DNA of 64,000 nucleotides from an uncultured Clostridia bacterium (GCA_942492225.1 CALODS010000022.1:39727-103726), one strand, 5' to 3'. Counted from the first letter of the stretch, positions 19,152-30,324 are shown. Program-made: numbers and translations. The notes: generated from the sequence alone by a model not told the origin.

Positions 19152-19673
19152 ATGAGAAAGATACTAATTATTGGATCGCCAGGTGCTGGAAAATCGACCT
19201 TGGCTTATCAGTTAAGAGAACTTTTGAGTATTAAACTTGTTCATCTTGATTGTTTCTTTTGGCAGCCTGGATGGGTAAAGATACCAAGAGAAGAGTTGAA
19301 CGCTCAAATTGAATTGATGACTCGCGAAGAAGAATGGGTCATGGATGGAACTTATATCGATAGTTTAGAGATGCGATTAAAATCGGCTGATACAGTTATT
19401 TTTTTGAATTATCCCTTATGGCTTTGTTTGTATGGGATTATCAAGCGACGTATTATCTTTGCAGGAAAACGTAGAGATGATATGACTGAGGGATGCGATG
19501 AAAAACTAGATTGGCCCTTTGTGAAGTGGGTGCTTAAATTCCCAACAACTAATAGACTAGAAATTTTAAGAATTTTAGAATTACACAAGAAAGATTTGGA
19601 TGTTTATATTTTTAAAAATAGAACGGAAACAGCAACTTTTATGAAAGAATTAACAGATAAAATCAAAGAATAG
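19152..19673 (+). CDS. P-loop NTPase of the adenylate-kinase-like 'topology modulation protein' family
   Basis: 173 aa. It begins MRKILIIGSPGAGKSTLA (Walker A at the N-terminus). SD AGAGGGTGA. Confidence 0.65.
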   Translation: MRKILIIGSPGAGKSTLAYQLRELLSIKLVHLDCFFWQPGWVKIPREELNAQIELMTREEEWVMDGTYIDSLEMRLKSADTVIFLNYPLWLCLYGIIKRRIIFAGKRRDDMTEGCDEKLDWPFVKWVLKFPTTNRLEILRILELHKKDLDVYIFKNRTETATFMKELTDKIKE

Positions 19674-19729
19674 TGTATTGTTCATTTTTATGGGTAGATT
19701 TACATTAAAATGAATTAGGGGGGACGAAC

Positions 19730-20452
19730 GTGTTTGAGGATGTATTGGAAGTTTTAGAAAAAGATATAATTCGAAATGTGAATGTAATCAATTTTATTAG
19801 AGACAATCGTGTCAACAGTGCAGAACTCATTGGTGGATCAGTATTGATAAGAGGATTGAGTGATCGACCGTGGATTTATATTAGCTCTGACTCAAAAACT
19901 GAAATGGAAGAAATAACAGAAAAACTCACACCAGAAGATAAATGTTTCGCAGTAATAGAAGACTGGATGACACCACATATATATAAAGATGATGAATCTT
20001 TAAAGTGGAAGTTATCATCTGCTAAATTATATTATCCAGAAACAACCACATTGCCAAATATTGAGATAGAGGAAGGTATAACTGTGGATTTATTACATAC
20101 GAATGATGCGCCTTTTATGTATGAAAACTATGACTATAAGGAATTTGCATCAGTTAAATATATTCGTGAACGTATTGAAAAAGGTGTGAGTCTTGGTATG
20201 TTCAAAGATCATCAACTCATTGGATGGATAATGACTCATGATGATGGTGCAATGGGTTTTCTGAACGTATTACATGAATATCGCAATAAGGGGTATGCAA
20301 TGGCACTTTCAGTTTCATTGATTAAAATGCTCAGAGCTATGGGTGAAGTACCATTTGTTCACATTGAACCCCATAATTATCAGTCTATGAATCTAGCTAT
20401 GAAAGCTGGGTTTGAAAAAGATAGAATGATTAATTGGTTTGAAATCAAATAA
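19730..20452 (+). CDS. GNAT-family N-acetyltransferase
   Basis: 240 aa with a GTG start behind GGGGGG. The C-terminal acetyl-CoA motif region is GWIMTHDDGAMGFLNVLHEYRNKGYAMAL. Confidence 0.65.
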   Translation: MFEDVLEVLEKDIIRNVNVINFIRDNRVNSAELIGGSVLIRGLSDRPWIYISSDSKTEMEEITEKLTPEDKCFAVIEDWMTPHIYKDDESLKWKLSSAKLYYPETTTLPNIEIEEGITVDLLHTNDAPFMYENYDYKEFASVKYIRERIEKGVSLGMFKDHQLIGWIMTHDDGAMGFLNVLHEYRNKGYAMALSVSLIKMLRAMGEVPFVHIEPHNYQSMNLAMKAGFEKDRMINWFEIK

Positions 20453-21320
20453 GTTGATTGCCAAGCCAGTGCTTTGTTAATTGTAGAAACTCTTTTGCGA
20501 CTGGTGATAGAGTTGCTGTACTGTATCCCACACCTATAATACGTCTATAGTCTTCTTCAAGAGGAATAGCCGCAATGCTGTCGTCGATGAAACGTAGCGT
20601 CAATGTTGGCAAAATACTAAGACCGAGACCTTGTTGCACCATTGCAACGATGGCTTGGTCTTCTTGTATTTCATATTGGATGTCTAACTTCAAATGATTC
20701 TGTGCGATAATCTGATCAACGTCGTGGTTAAGACCCCATTTAGGCGAAATAAATGCTTCGTTATTTAACGAGTGAATAGGTATAGACTTAAAATGACTCA
20801 AGGGATGCTCTTTATTTATGATGACCATAAGTGGATCTTCGACTAATGGCATAAAATTAAGTCCCTCAGATACCGTTTTAGGAATAAATCCAAAATCTAC
20901 TAATCCTGTTTTAATCATATGAACTATTTCTTGATAATAACCAGTATATAGGTGGATTTTGACATCTGGATATGACGCTTTGAAGGATTTTAATAATGAG
21001 GGAAGCCAAAGTCGTCCAACACTTGCAAACGTAGCAATTTTAAGTGTACCGATTTTTAATCCCTTAACCATTGCAATATGCTGTTTAAACTGCTCGTTCT
21101 TGTTAAGGACACCGAGTATTGAAGGGAGTAACTCTTCGCCAACAGGTGTTAGTTTGACACCTGACCGTTCTCTAAAAAGAAGGGGAAGTCCAACTTCTTT
21201 TTCAAAATTATTAATCGCATGACTGACGGCGGATTGTGTCATATTTAACGATTGTGCAGCTTTTGTTAAACTACCAGTTTCAACCACTTTGGAAAAAATT
21301 TCAAATCGAGTGAGGGTCAT
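20445..21320 (-). CDS. LysR-family transcriptional regulator
   Basis: 291 aa. The N-terminal HTH is FSKVVETGSLTKAAQSLNMTQSAVSHAI, followed by a C-terminal substrate-binding fold. It converges on the GNAT gene and overlaps it by 8 nt. Confidence 0.9.
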   Translation of the reverse strand: MTLTRFEIFSKVVETGSLTKAAQSLNMTQSAVSHAINNFEKEVGLPLLFRERSGVKLTPVGEELLPSILGVLNKNEQFKQHIAMVKGLKIGTLKIATFASVGRLWLPSLLKSFKASYPDVKIHLYTGYYQEIVHMIKTGLVDFGFIPKTVSEGLNFMPLVEDPLMVIINKEHPLSHFKSIPIHSLNNEAFISPKWGLNHDVDQIIAQNHLKLDIQYEIQEDQAIVAMVQQGLGLSILPTLTLRFIDDSIAAIPLEEDYRRIIGVGYSTATLSPVAKEFLQLTKHWLGNQLI

Positions 21321-21544
21321 AGATTGCTCCTTGTATTAATATATTTCATGTTAAGTATGAATAACATTCGTTTGATTAATATATATTATACAGATATAAT
21401 TTAATTAATCAAGAAACCTCAAATTCATATAAAATTGATAAAAAGAAAATAAAAAACCTAAAACCTAAAAAGAAAAAACCTTGGCATTGCCTTGGTTTTT
21501 TCTTTTTTTGAAAATTAGATGGGTCCTAGTCTTCTCATGCCAGA

Positions 21545-23821
21545 TTAAAGTAAGTCATTATAAAAATTAATGAAATGACCCAACACATATTTTTTATAAA
21601 AATAATTTATGTGACCAATCTTATAATGAACTCTCTTATCTGCAAAATAATAAAAATCTAATATTTTGTTATATTCTTCAGTGGTTGCCATGGTATTAGA
21701 ATATTTTAATCGTATATAGAGTTCAGTAATATTTTCAAAGTCGTGATCAAAATCGTAAAAATGACGTTTGATGCGCTTTGAAAATTCTCTTGGTGTTTCA
21801 CCAATCGTCCGGTGAATATTAATATGTTCAAATAGGACAAGGATATTTCCGTAAACATAAATTCCTTTGAAAGGATTATTAATAAGTTTATAATGATATG
21901 TCTTGTATTTTTGGGACATGTATAAAATTCGCATTGATATAGTAATAAGAAAAATCAAAAGGACTGTTATAGGTAATTTATCAATCAAACGACCATAGAG
22001 ATGCTGTATATTGTTCTTATTGGGATAATCGGTTAAATTATTATAAGTGAATGCATTGAGGTTTTCCAAACGATCCTGTTTCAATGATAATAGATAAGCG
22101 GATTCATCATCGAAATTATATAAGTTGCTGTTATTATAAGTTGTTAGAATCGTAACATCTTGGGGTTCGATTGGTGGTGTAAAAGCAGGTGTTGCTTCGA
22201 GTGTTACCCATCCACAATCATCAAAATAGGCCTCTACCCATGCATGTCCATTGGAAAATCTAACTTCATAATAATCGTTTGTTTTTTGTTCTGGCATTCG
22301 AAACCCTTCCACATATCGTGTCGGTATATCGATGCTTCTTAAGAGTATACATAAACTTGTAGCAAAATAAGTACAATAACCTTCTCTTGTTTCAAATAAG
22401 AAATAATCAACGAAATCTTCTCCGGCGGGAAGTGTATTAGGTTCTAGTGTGTATGTATAATGTTGTCTCAAATAGCTGATAATGTTTTTTGCTTTCAATT
22501 TTTGGTCATCTGCTGAAATCGTTAATTCTATCGCGAGCTCTTTGACACGTGTTGGCAGGGTATTAGGCAATTTTAAATAATCTTCTTTGTTGAAGAGGAT
22601 ACTTGTAGGTGTTGATATGTCTGCTTGTGTTTTACTTGGTAAAAAGCTTGTAATGGTATATGATTCATTTTTATACCGAGCGCCGAGCAAAGTGATTTCA
22701 TGATTAGCATCTATCCAAATTTTACCCATGCGTTCAATTGTGACAGACAGTGGTTGATAGGGCGCAAACAATGTGAATGATGATAAATTTTTATTGGTTA
22801 TTTTGAGAGATATTTCTTCGCCAGAATATAGTTCGGGTCTTAATTGTACGCCGGTTTTTTGTTCCACTTTGATTCGATTGCCATGGGTCCAACTTTTGCC
22901 ATCATAAGTTGATAGAATATTACCTCTGAGATATAGAGGATATGGTGAATCAACAACAAATGCAATGGACTCATTTAATTCTACAGGTCCACCAAGTTGT
23001 CCATCGTCATTAAGAAAACCTGTTTGTTCAAAACTGAATAGTTCAGCAGATGTAAATGTTCTCATATGTTGAGTTTCTTGTCGTAGGTCTTCTAAACTTG
23101 GTATAAGGTTAATTAATTGGTTTTCAAGCCATTGCCACTCTACAAAATTTCCACCTTTGGGCAATAACAAAGCGACCACCAATATGATGATAATATAACG
23201 AAAGCTAAAACGTATCCACTCTTGAAATTGTGCATCAATTCCTCTGATTTTGACAATTGAATCACTGCTAGCAAGAACATTAAATCTTTTTAATGTATGA
23301 AGCATAGCGTAGGAAGCAATATATATGAGGATGTAGCCATAGGCACTATCAATATAATTATACCAAGCATAAATCATATATAAGAGAAATGAAATAAATA
23401 AGATACGGTCACGTTTGAATTTATATACTATTAGCAGTGATAAAATTGAAATACAACACCCAATCATGATCATTGCAATGATGCTATTTAAAGGATCGAG
23501 CAAATCATATCCAGCGGTATAATTTTCGATATTAAGTAAAAAATCCGAAAGTGTTTGACTAAAGATTCCTAGCCACTCTGGATGTACTTGCTGAATAAGA
23601 ATATATCCAATTAAAATAAAAGTTCCAATAAAAAAAATAGAAATAGGATAGAAGGTAACGAGTGCACTTAATTGCTGAATGACAAATATATATCCCAATA
23701 GCTTAATAAGTGGAAGTTTAACGCCTAACATTACAGCAATTAGCGCAATAGGACCCAAACTGAACATAATGTAAACCATATAATATAAAATTCGTTTTTT
23801 ATTTTTTGGTTGTGTCATCAT
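21545..23821 (-). CDS. Polytopic membrane protein with transglutaminase-like cysteine protease core
   Basis: 758 aa with multiple N-terminal TM helices. The core Cys-His-Asp motifs are EGYCTYFAT, GHAWVEAYF and GWVTLEATP. There is a C-terminal TM plus a helical tail. Confidence 0.85.
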   Translation of the reverse strand: MMTQPKNKKRILYYMVYIMFSLGPIALIAVMLGVKLPLIKLLGYIFVIQQLSALVTFYPISIFFIGTFILIGYILIQQVHPEWLGIFSQTLSDFLLNIENYTAGYDLLDPLNSIIAMIMIGCCISILSLLIVYKFKRDRILFISFLLYMIYAWYNYIDSAYGYILIYIASYAMLHTLKRFNVLASSDSIVKIRGIDAQFQEWIRFSFRYIIIILVVALLLPKGGNFVEWQWLENQLINLIPSLEDLRQETQHMRTFTSAELFSFEQTGFLNDDGQLGGPVELNESIAFVVDSPYPLYLRGNILSTYDGKSWTHGNRIKVEQKTGVQLRPELYSGEEISLKITNKNLSSFTLFAPYQPLSVTIERMGKIWIDANHEITLLGARYKNESYTITSFLPSKTQADISTPTSILFNKEDYLKLPNTLPTRVKELAIELTISADDQKLKAKNIISYLRQHYTYTLEPNTLPAGEDFVDYFLFETREGYCTYFATSLCILLRSIDIPTRYVEGFRMPEQKTNDYYEVRFSNGHAWVEAYFDDCGWVTLEATPAFTPPIEPQDVTILTTYNNSNLYNFDDESAYLLSLKQDRLENLNAFTYNNLTDYPNKNNIQHLYGRLIDKLPITVLLIFLITISMRILYMSQKYKTYHYKLINNPFKGIYVYGNILVLFEHINIHRTIGETPREFSKRIKRHFYDFDHDFENITELYIRLKYSNTMATTEEYNKILDFYYFADKRVHYKIGHINYFYKKYVLGHFINFYNDLL

Positions 23822-23839
23822 AAGAATCCCCTTAGTATA

Positions 23840-25009
23840 TTATAAAGAAACTTTTAATACGGAAATTGCTTCAGCTTCCATCTTTTGAATAAGATGTAGT
23901 TGATTTTGATATTGGAACGTTGTTGTGTCGTGTGTATTTATTAAGAAAACCATTGGATGAATATTTGACATTTTAAGATGAATAAGTTCAGTGGCGAGTT
24001 CTTTTGATAAACACGGGGTGACAATAATAATCGTTGTCCCTTGTGAAATACTAGGACTAAAATTTATGAGTTCATCTTTTATTGAGCGCAGGTTTCTAGG
24101 TGAAAATTCAACGAATTTTTCTAAAAAAACTTTTAAGTAAGTGTCACTCGATCCACTGGTTTTTTCATAGTGATTATTATGAGTCGTTAAATAACTAATA
24201 TTTAAGTGATTTAGCAAACAAAAGTGTGTAATTGAAACGCATACTTCAACTATTTTGTCCTCGATTTTTCTATAGGTATCATTTTTATAATCTAACAAAC
24301 TGTCATTTAGCATGAGAATAACTTCTGCATCACCGCGATATTCAAACTCTTTTACAATCAATTGATCATGTTTTGCAGAAGCGCGCCAATGTATTTTCTT
24401 AACGGAATCTCCATTGCGATAGTCTCTAAGTGTATCAATCGCGGAATAATCTTGAAAAGTTGGATCATCTACAATTAAATTGCCCATTTGAATACCTGCT
24501 TCTACTGTAAAATCAGAGAGTGGTAAAATACGAGGGTATATTTTTATAGCAATTGGAGCTTGTAATTTTTTTCTGAATTCAAAAATATTAAATACGTCCT
24601 TGATAAGGAGTTGCGTCTCACCTATAGTGTAAATGCCTCTTCGATGGCAATTTATGAGTCGTTTGTCTACGAATGTTTCATCTGGAGATAAATGAAATGT
24701 TTTTGGTGGCTCAAATTCATTTGATAAAAGTTCAGCAATGGTACTTTTATATTCTAGATGAGGAAATAGCACCTTTGTTGGATTTGAAAATCTTGTAATG
24801 AGTTCAATTTTCTCACCTGCCACTAAATCACGCGCGGGCAAATCAATTGAACCAATAAGTTTGTATTTTCCAATTAATCCATGGAATAGTGGTAAAAAAA
24901 TAAGGCCAAGATAAAAGTACAATATAAAGTATGGTAATCGACCACCGATGAAAGCAACTGCCAGTAGTAAAATAAAACCAATTATAAAAATCAAACCTTT
25001 AGTTTTCAT
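23840..25009 (-). CDS. DUF58 domain protein (MoxR-associated, vWA-like)
   Basis: 389 aa with two N-terminal TM helices. The DUF58 signature is DYRNGDSVKKIHWRASAKHDQLIVKEFE. It overlaps the MoxR gene by 11 nt. Confidence 0.8.
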   Translation of the reverse strand: MKTKGLIFIIGFILLLAVAFIGGRLPYFILYFYLGLIFLPLFHGLIGKYKLIGSIDLPARDLVAGEKIELITRFSNPTKVLFPHLEYKSTIAELLSNEFEPPKTFHLSPDETFVDKRLINCHRRGIYTIGETQLLIKDVFNIFEFRKKLQAPIAIKIYPRILPLSDFTVEAGIQMGNLIVDDPTFQDYSAIDTLRDYRNGDSVKKIHWRASAKHDQLIVKEFEYRGDAEVILMLNDSLLDYKNDTYRKIEDKIVEVCVSITHFCLLNHLNISYLTTHNNHYEKTSGSSDTYLKVFLEKFVEFSPRNLRSIKDELINFSPSISQGTTIIIVTPCLSKELATELIHLKMSNIHPMVFLINTHDTTTFQYQNQLHLIQKMEAEAISVLKVSL

Positions 25010-25949
25010 TTTGATGTACCACAGGAATATGAAGAGACCCTAGAACATCTTTAATGACTTTATCGATACTTAGTCCTTCAATTCGAGCCTCGGCAGAAAG
25101 CATAAGTCGGTGCTTAAGTATATCGCTTGCGATTTCCTTTACATCGTCAGGAATGACATAAGATCGATTCTCTAAATAGGCAAGTGCTTTTGAACTTCTA
25201 AATAAATCAATAGAGACACGGGGACTTGCGCCTAAATGAATAGAAGGATGCTGCCTCGTCGCGCTAGATATACTGACAATATAATGAAGAATATCAGGAT
25301 GAAGTGTAATGGCATCAACTTCTTCTTGTATCGTCAGAATATCATCTTTCGTTGCAACGGCAGTAATATGATCAAGGGATTTGCTGGATTGATAGTTTTC
25401 CACAATTTTTTTCTCGAATTCTAAATCTGGGTACCCTAAAGATATTTTCATGATAAAACGATCTAACTGCGCTTCTGGAAGCGGATAAGTACCTTGGTAA
25501 TCTAAAGGATTTTGTGTCGCTAAAACCATAAAAGGCGGTTCTAAATTATAGGTGTGGTGATCCACTGATATTTGACGTTCTTCCATGGCTTGCAATAAAC
25601 TTGATTGTGTTTTAGGAGAAGTTCTATTGATCTCATCAGCCAAAATTAATTGATTAAATAATGGTCCTTCTTTGAATTGAAAGACGTTTTCACTTTTGTT
25701 ATAAATGGTTAATCCAGTTATATCAGATGGCATTAAATCTGGTGTAAATTGTATCCTGCTGTGGCTTAAGTCCACACTTTTTGCGAGTACTTTAACAAGT
25801 GTTGTTTTTCCAACGCCGGGAACGTCTTCTATCAACAAGTGACCACGCGCAAAAAAACAGATAAGTACTTTTTTTAAAACTTCATCTTTTCCTACGATTA
25901 CTTTTTTCATATTATTAAGTATATCAATTGCTTTTTGTTGTGTTTTCAT
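24999..25949 (-). CDS. MoxR-family AAA+ ATPase
   Basis: Walker A is EDVPGVGKT and Walker B is ILADEINR, plus ATQNP. ATG at 25949 sits behind GGAGGA with a 5-nt spacer and is preferred over the ORF-track start at 25988. Confidence 0.9.
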   Translation of the reverse strand: MKTQQKAIDILNNMKKVIVGKDEVLKKVLICFFARGHLLIEDVPGVGKTTLVKVLAKSVDLSHSRIQFTPDLMPSDITGLTIYNKSENVFQFKEGPLFNQLILADEINRTSPKTQSSLLQAMEERQISVDHHTYNLEPPFMVLATQNPLDYQGTYPLPEAQLDRFIMKISLGYPDLEFEKKIVENYQSSKSLDHITAVATKDDILTIQEEVDAITLHPDILHYIVSISSATRQHPSIHLGASPRVSIDLFRSSKALAYLENRSYVIPDDVKEIASDILKHRLMLSAEARIEGLSIDKVIKDVLGSLHIPVVHQNEN

Positions 25950-26132
25950 TATTGTCCTCCCGAAAATAGTGGTTTTTTTGACTGACAAGTAATCTCTATT
26001 AGTAATAGTTATACCCTTTATAATAAAATTCCTTTAAATTATCAAAATATTACAAAAAAATAATTGTATTATGGAATTGCATCTGTTACACTGCATAAAA
26101 GACATTAGGAATCTATGAGATAGGAGGACAAT

Positions 26133-27170
26133 ATGATTATTCCAAAGAAATTAGAAAAAGGTGATAAAGTTGCTGTTGTCAGCTTGTCTTGGGGCGGAGC
26201 TGGAGACGGTGAAATACATACAAGATATTTGCGTGGTAAAAAGAGGTTGGAAGAACGCTTTGGATTAGAAGTTGTGGCAATGCCACATGCCTTGAAGGGA
26301 TCTGATTTTGTTGCTCAAAATCCTGAATTAAGAGCGAAGGACTTCATGGATGCGTTCAAAGACCCATCCATAAAAGCCATTATATCAGCTATTGGGGGCA
26401 ACGATACCATCAGATTGTTACCGTATATTGATTATAATGTTATTCGAGAAAACCCAAAGATTTTTATGGGCTATTCAGATACAACGATCAATCATTTTAT
26501 GTGCTACAAAGCAGGTTTAAGAAGTTATTATGGTCCTTGTGTGTTGTTAGAATTTGCAGAAAACGTGGCAATGCATACATATACAATTGATGAAATTCAC
26601 AAAGGGTTATTTAGTAATGAAGACATTGGTGAAATTAAATGTGCGTCAGAATGGACAGCTGAGTATTTACCATGGGATATAAAAGAAAACAACGATACTT
26701 TGAGAATAATGAGGAAAGAGGAACATGGTTATGAAATTTTACAAGGTTCAGGCACCGTGCAAGGTCCTTTAATAGGTGGTTGTATAGAGGTTTTAGATTG
26801 GTTGCGTGGGACGGAACTTTGGCCTTCCCTTGATGAGTGGCGAGGGAAAATACTTTTTCTAGAGACAAGTGAAGATAAACCAGACCCGCTGATGGTAACC
26901 TTTATGCTTCGAGCATTTTGGGCAACGGGGATCATTGATGTCATAGCAGGAATGATTATTGGGAAACCTCAAAATGAAGTCTACTATGATGCCTACAAAA
27001 CTATTTTTAAAGATGTTATTGGTGGAGAATGTGGTCGTCCAGAACTTCCAATCCTTTATAATGTGAGTTTTGGACATAATTCACCAATAACAATTCTTCC
27101 AATGGGGGCATTAGCAGAAATCAACTGTGAACATAAGACATTAACTATTTTAGAAAGTGGCGTACTTTGA
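26133..27170 (+). CDS. LD-carboxypeptidase / S66 peptidase (MccF-like)
   Basis: 345 aa. The nucleophile motif GYSDTT is present, with a GHN-containing C-terminal region. SD AGGAGGA. Confidence 0.8.
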   Translation: MIIPKKLEKGDKVAVVSLSWGGAGDGEIHTRYLRGKKRLEERFGLEVVAMPHALKGSDFVAQNPELRAKDFMDAFKDPSIKAIISAIGGNDTIRLLPYIDYNVIRENPKIFMGYSDTTINHFMCYKAGLRSYYGPCVLLEFAENVAMHTYTIDEIHKGLFSNEDIGEIKCASEWTAEYLPWDIKENNDTLRIMRKEEHGYEILQGSGTVQGPLIGGCIEVLDWLRGTELWPSLDEWRGKILFLETSEDKPDPLMVTFMLRAFWATGIIDVIAGMIIGKPQNEVYYDAYKTIFKDVIGGECGRPELPILYNVSFGHNSPITILPMGALAEINCEHKTLTILESGVL

Positions 27171-27484
27171 TAAGGCGTCATTTCAAAAAAATTATATAGC
27201 AAATCATAGCTCTGACACAAATGCTAATAATAATACGTTTTATAGTATGAAAGGCAATGGTGTGTGTTATTAGAATGAGTTGGACGATTACAAGAACATC
27301 AAAAAAATTATAAAATTGATGGCAAAAGATATAATGAATAATTTTTCTCTTTTGTACTAAATTTAGTGCGTGATGTAAGAGACTTTAAGTGTTAAAATGA
27401 TAGAGAGTACGTCCGCGGGACATACCATTAATTTGAAAGCTAATTGCTTGATTATAAAATTTTTTTAAAAAAAGGAGATTTATT

Positions 27485-28801
27485 ATGAGTAAACCAGTTT
27501 TATCAGCACATTTTGAGTCTAGAACGCCATCTGACGTAAGATTAGCTCAAATGAAATATGAAGAGCGTAAAGTTAAACCAGAAGCGGTTATCAATGTTGG
27601 TATTGGTAATGTTTCACTTCCTACAAATCCAGCGATGCAAAAGAGAATGTTTGAACTTGGCGCTGAAGGAAGCCCATTTGCAAATGGTGTAATAAGATAT
27701 TCAACAACTGCAGGTACTGAAGAAGCTCAAAATGCTTTCAAAAATATTTTAAAGTGTGAAGGCTTTGATACAAGTAAATTACACGTTCAAGTAACTGACG
27801 GTGGCTCTTCAGGGATGGAATTATTATTAGTAGGTCTTTGTGGACCAGCTGGTACGGATGAAAGACCATTAATGATGATTGACCCTGCTTACACAAACTA
27901 CATTTCTTTTGCTGAAAGAGTAGGCCGTAAGACAGTAACAGTTAAGCGTACTTTATCAGATGATGGTAAATTTACATTGCCTGAATTAAGTGAAATTGAA
28001 GATGCAATTAAGAAACACAATCCTGGTGCATTATTAGTTATTCCATATGATAACCCAACAGGTCAATTATTTGGATACGATGCAATGAAAGATTTAGCAG
28101 GTCTTTGTGTTAAATATAATATGTGGATGGTAAGTGATGAAGCTTATCGTGAACTATACTACGAAGAAGGCACTGACCTTGTAAGTGTTTGGGGATTATC
28201 TGATGCAGATGTACCTGGCATTGAAGGTAGAAGAATCAGTATTGAAACAGCTTCAAAAGTTTGGAATGCTTGTGGGTTAAGAATTGGTGCTGTTATTACT
28301 GATAGCCCTGAATTCAATAACCGTTCTATTGCAGAATACACAGCTAACCTTTGTGCAAACGTAATTGGTCAGTACATTTTTGGTGCGTTAGCACACGAAA
28401 CACCTGAGCAAATTGCTGACTGGTGTAAAGGATTAAAAGAATATTACAAAGGCCATATTATGAGCGTATACAATGGATTAAAAGAACTTGAGCCTGGCTT
28501 AATCGTTTCTAGTCCTGACGCTTCTATCTACTCTGTAATCGATGTAAGAAACGTTGTTAAACCAGGATTTGATGCGATTGATTTTGTTCTTTACTGTGCA
28601 GAAGAAGGTAAAGTAACAGTTGATGGTGTTGAAACAACACTTTTAGTAGCACCTATGAAAGGCTTCTATAACGTTGCTAAGGGTGAGTTTAATCCAGGTA
28701 GCACACAATTCCGTATTTCTTTTGTTGAAACACCAGAAAATATGGCGAAAATCCCTACATTATTCGTAGAATTATTAAAGCAATTTGAAGCGCAAAGATA
28801 A
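27485..28801 (+). CDS. PLP-dependent aminotransferase, class I/II fold
   Basis: 438 aa. It has YDNPTG and the PLP-lysine context ETASKVWNACGLRIGA. SD AAGGAGA. Confidence 0.8.
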   Translation: MSKPVLSAHFESRTPSDVRLAQMKYEERKVKPEAVINVGIGNVSLPTNPAMQKRMFELGAEGSPFANGVIRYSTTAGTEEAQNAFKNILKCEGFDTSKLHVQVTDGGSSGMELLLVGLCGPAGTDERPLMMIDPAYTNYISFAERVGRKTVTVKRTLSDDGKFTLPELSEIEDAIKKHNPGALLVIPYDNPTGQLFGYDAMKDLAGLCVKYNMWMVSDEAYRELYYEEGTDLVSVWGLSDADVPGIEGRRISIETASKVWNACGLRIGAVITDSPEFNNRSIAEYTANLCANVIGQYIFGALAHETPEQIADWCKGLKEYYKGHIMSVYNGLKELEPGLIVSSPDASIYSVIDVRNVVKPGFDAIDFVLYCAEEGKVTVDGVETTLLVAPMKGFYNVAKGEFNPGSTQFRISFVETPENMAKIPTLFVELLKQFEAQR

Positions 28802-28826
28802 ATAGTAACAGATATAAGGATTTTTT

Positions 28827-28857
28827 AAAGCCTACTCAGATGAGTGGGCTTTTTTTT
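28827..28857 (+). terminator. Intrinsic terminator after the aminotransferase gene
   Basis: Stem AAAGCCTACTC / GAGTGGGCTTT with one G-U pair, followed by T-run 28850-28857. Confidence 0.8.
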
Positions 28858-29125
28858 GTAGTTTCTGTATTTCTAATTAATTGAGTCATCGCCTAGTGTT
28901 GGAAAATATTATATTGTGTGTAATAATAAATTAAGTTGAGAATTTTATTAGAAAAAGACCTATGGTCTCAGCTATAGTACCATTAACAAGAGAGAATTCA
29001 TAAAATGAATATGTTATTAAATTATAATGTGAGGGTTATTTAATGATAGTAAAATAAACACTTCAAGACTTTGGAAGATTATGAAGTACAGAGGATTAGT
29101 TGTTAATGTAAATGGAGGGAATCAA

Positions 29126-30289
29126 ATGTTAGATTTTCAATACAGTAATAAAACAACAATAGTATTTGGTAAAGGTAAAGAAAATGAAGTAGGATTACAT
29201 GTTGCAGAACACAGCAAAAAAGTGTTGTTACACTATGGTGGACAATCCACTGTTAAGATGGGCATAATCGATCGTGTTAAGAAGTCATTAGAAAATGCGG
29301 GTATTTCTTATATTGAACTTAGTGGTGTTGTTCCAAATCCAAGAGTATCATTAGTACAAGAGGGCGCTAAGCTGTGTAAAGAAGAAGGCATTGATTTTAT
29401 ACTTGCTGTTGGAGGTGGAAGTGTTATAGACTCTTCAAAAGCCATTGCAATCGGGGCTAAGTATGATGGCGATGTATGGGACTTTTACGAAGGGGAAGCT
29501 GAAATAAAAGAAGCGTTAAAGGTTGGTGTTGTTCTTACTATCCCTGGCGCAGGGTCAGAAATGTCAGAAAGTAGTATTTTGTCAAATGAAACATTATCGC
29601 TAAAATGTGGTGTTGGATCTTCTCTTATTACACCTGTGTTTGCAGTAATGAATCCAGAGTTTTGCTATACTATTCCTCAAAAACTATTAGCAGCAGGCAT
29701 TGCTGATATAATGTCTCATTTATTAGAACGATATTTTACAACAACGAAAAATCTTTATTTAACAGATCACCTTATAGAAGGTGCAATGCGTTCGATTATA
29801 GAAATAGGACCAAAATTATTAGAGACACCAGAGGATTATGGTTTATGTGCAGAATTTATGTGGACGGCTACAGTGGCGCATAACGGGATGTTAGATATAG
29901 GAAGGGACTCTGATTGGGGTTCTCATAGAATAGAGCATGAAATAAGTGCACTTTATGATGTAACCCATGGTGCAGGTATGGCAATTGTATTCCCTGCATG
30001 GATGACTTATGTAATAGAAGAAGATATTGAAAGATTTAATAGAATGGGTGTTTATGTATTTGGCTTGACACCATCAGACGATAAAATGAAAATTGCCAAA
30101 GATAGTATTGAAGCTATGAAAGGATTCTTTAAAAGTCTTGGACTTGCGACAACTTTAACGGAAGCGTCTATTCCTTGTGACCGTTTCAGAGAAATGGCAA
30201 AAAAAGCAATCGGAAACAATGGACATGTCGGAAGTTTTAAAAAGATTACGGCAAAGGATATCGTCAATATTTTAGAACTGGCAAGATAG
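29126..30289 (+). CDS. Iron-containing (group III) alcohol dehydrogenase, butanol-dehydrogenase-like
   Basis: ATG 29126 behind GGAGGGA gives MLDFQYSNKTTIVFGKG. It has GGGSVIDSSKA and His-rich metal-site segments (HLLERYF, HRIEHE). The ORF-track start at 29081 lacks an SD. Confidence 0.85.
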   Translation: MLDFQYSNKTTIVFGKGKENEVGLHVAEHSKKVLLHYGGQSTVKMGIIDRVKKSLENAGISYIELSGVVPNPRVSLVQEGAKLCKEEGIDFILAVGGGSVIDSSKAIAIGAKYDGDVWDFYEGEAEIKEALKVGVVLTIPGAGSEMSESSILSNETLSLKCGVGSSLITPVFAVMNPEFCYTIPQKLLAAGIADIMSHLLERYFTTTKNLYLTDHLIEGAMRSIIEIGPKLLETPEDYGLCAEFMWTATVAHNGMLDIGRDSDWGSHRIEHEISALYDVTHGAGMAIVFPAWMTYVIEEDIERFNRMGVYVFGLTPSDDKMKIAKDSIEAMKGFFKSLGLATTLTEASIPCDRFREMAKKAIGNNGHVGSFKKITAKDIVNILELAR

Positions 30290-30324
30290 ATTTTAAAAAC
30301 AGGTTATGCTAAGAAGGAGATAAT

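Noticed and set aside
27171-27484. Long leader regions upstream of the aminotransferase (27171-27484) and of the ADH/DHAP-shunt operon (28858-29125), scanned for S-box (SAM), T-box or other riboswitch cores
   Set aside because: I saw no recognisable conserved core sequence and only short, weak hairpins. An Rfam scan would be needed to exclude this.
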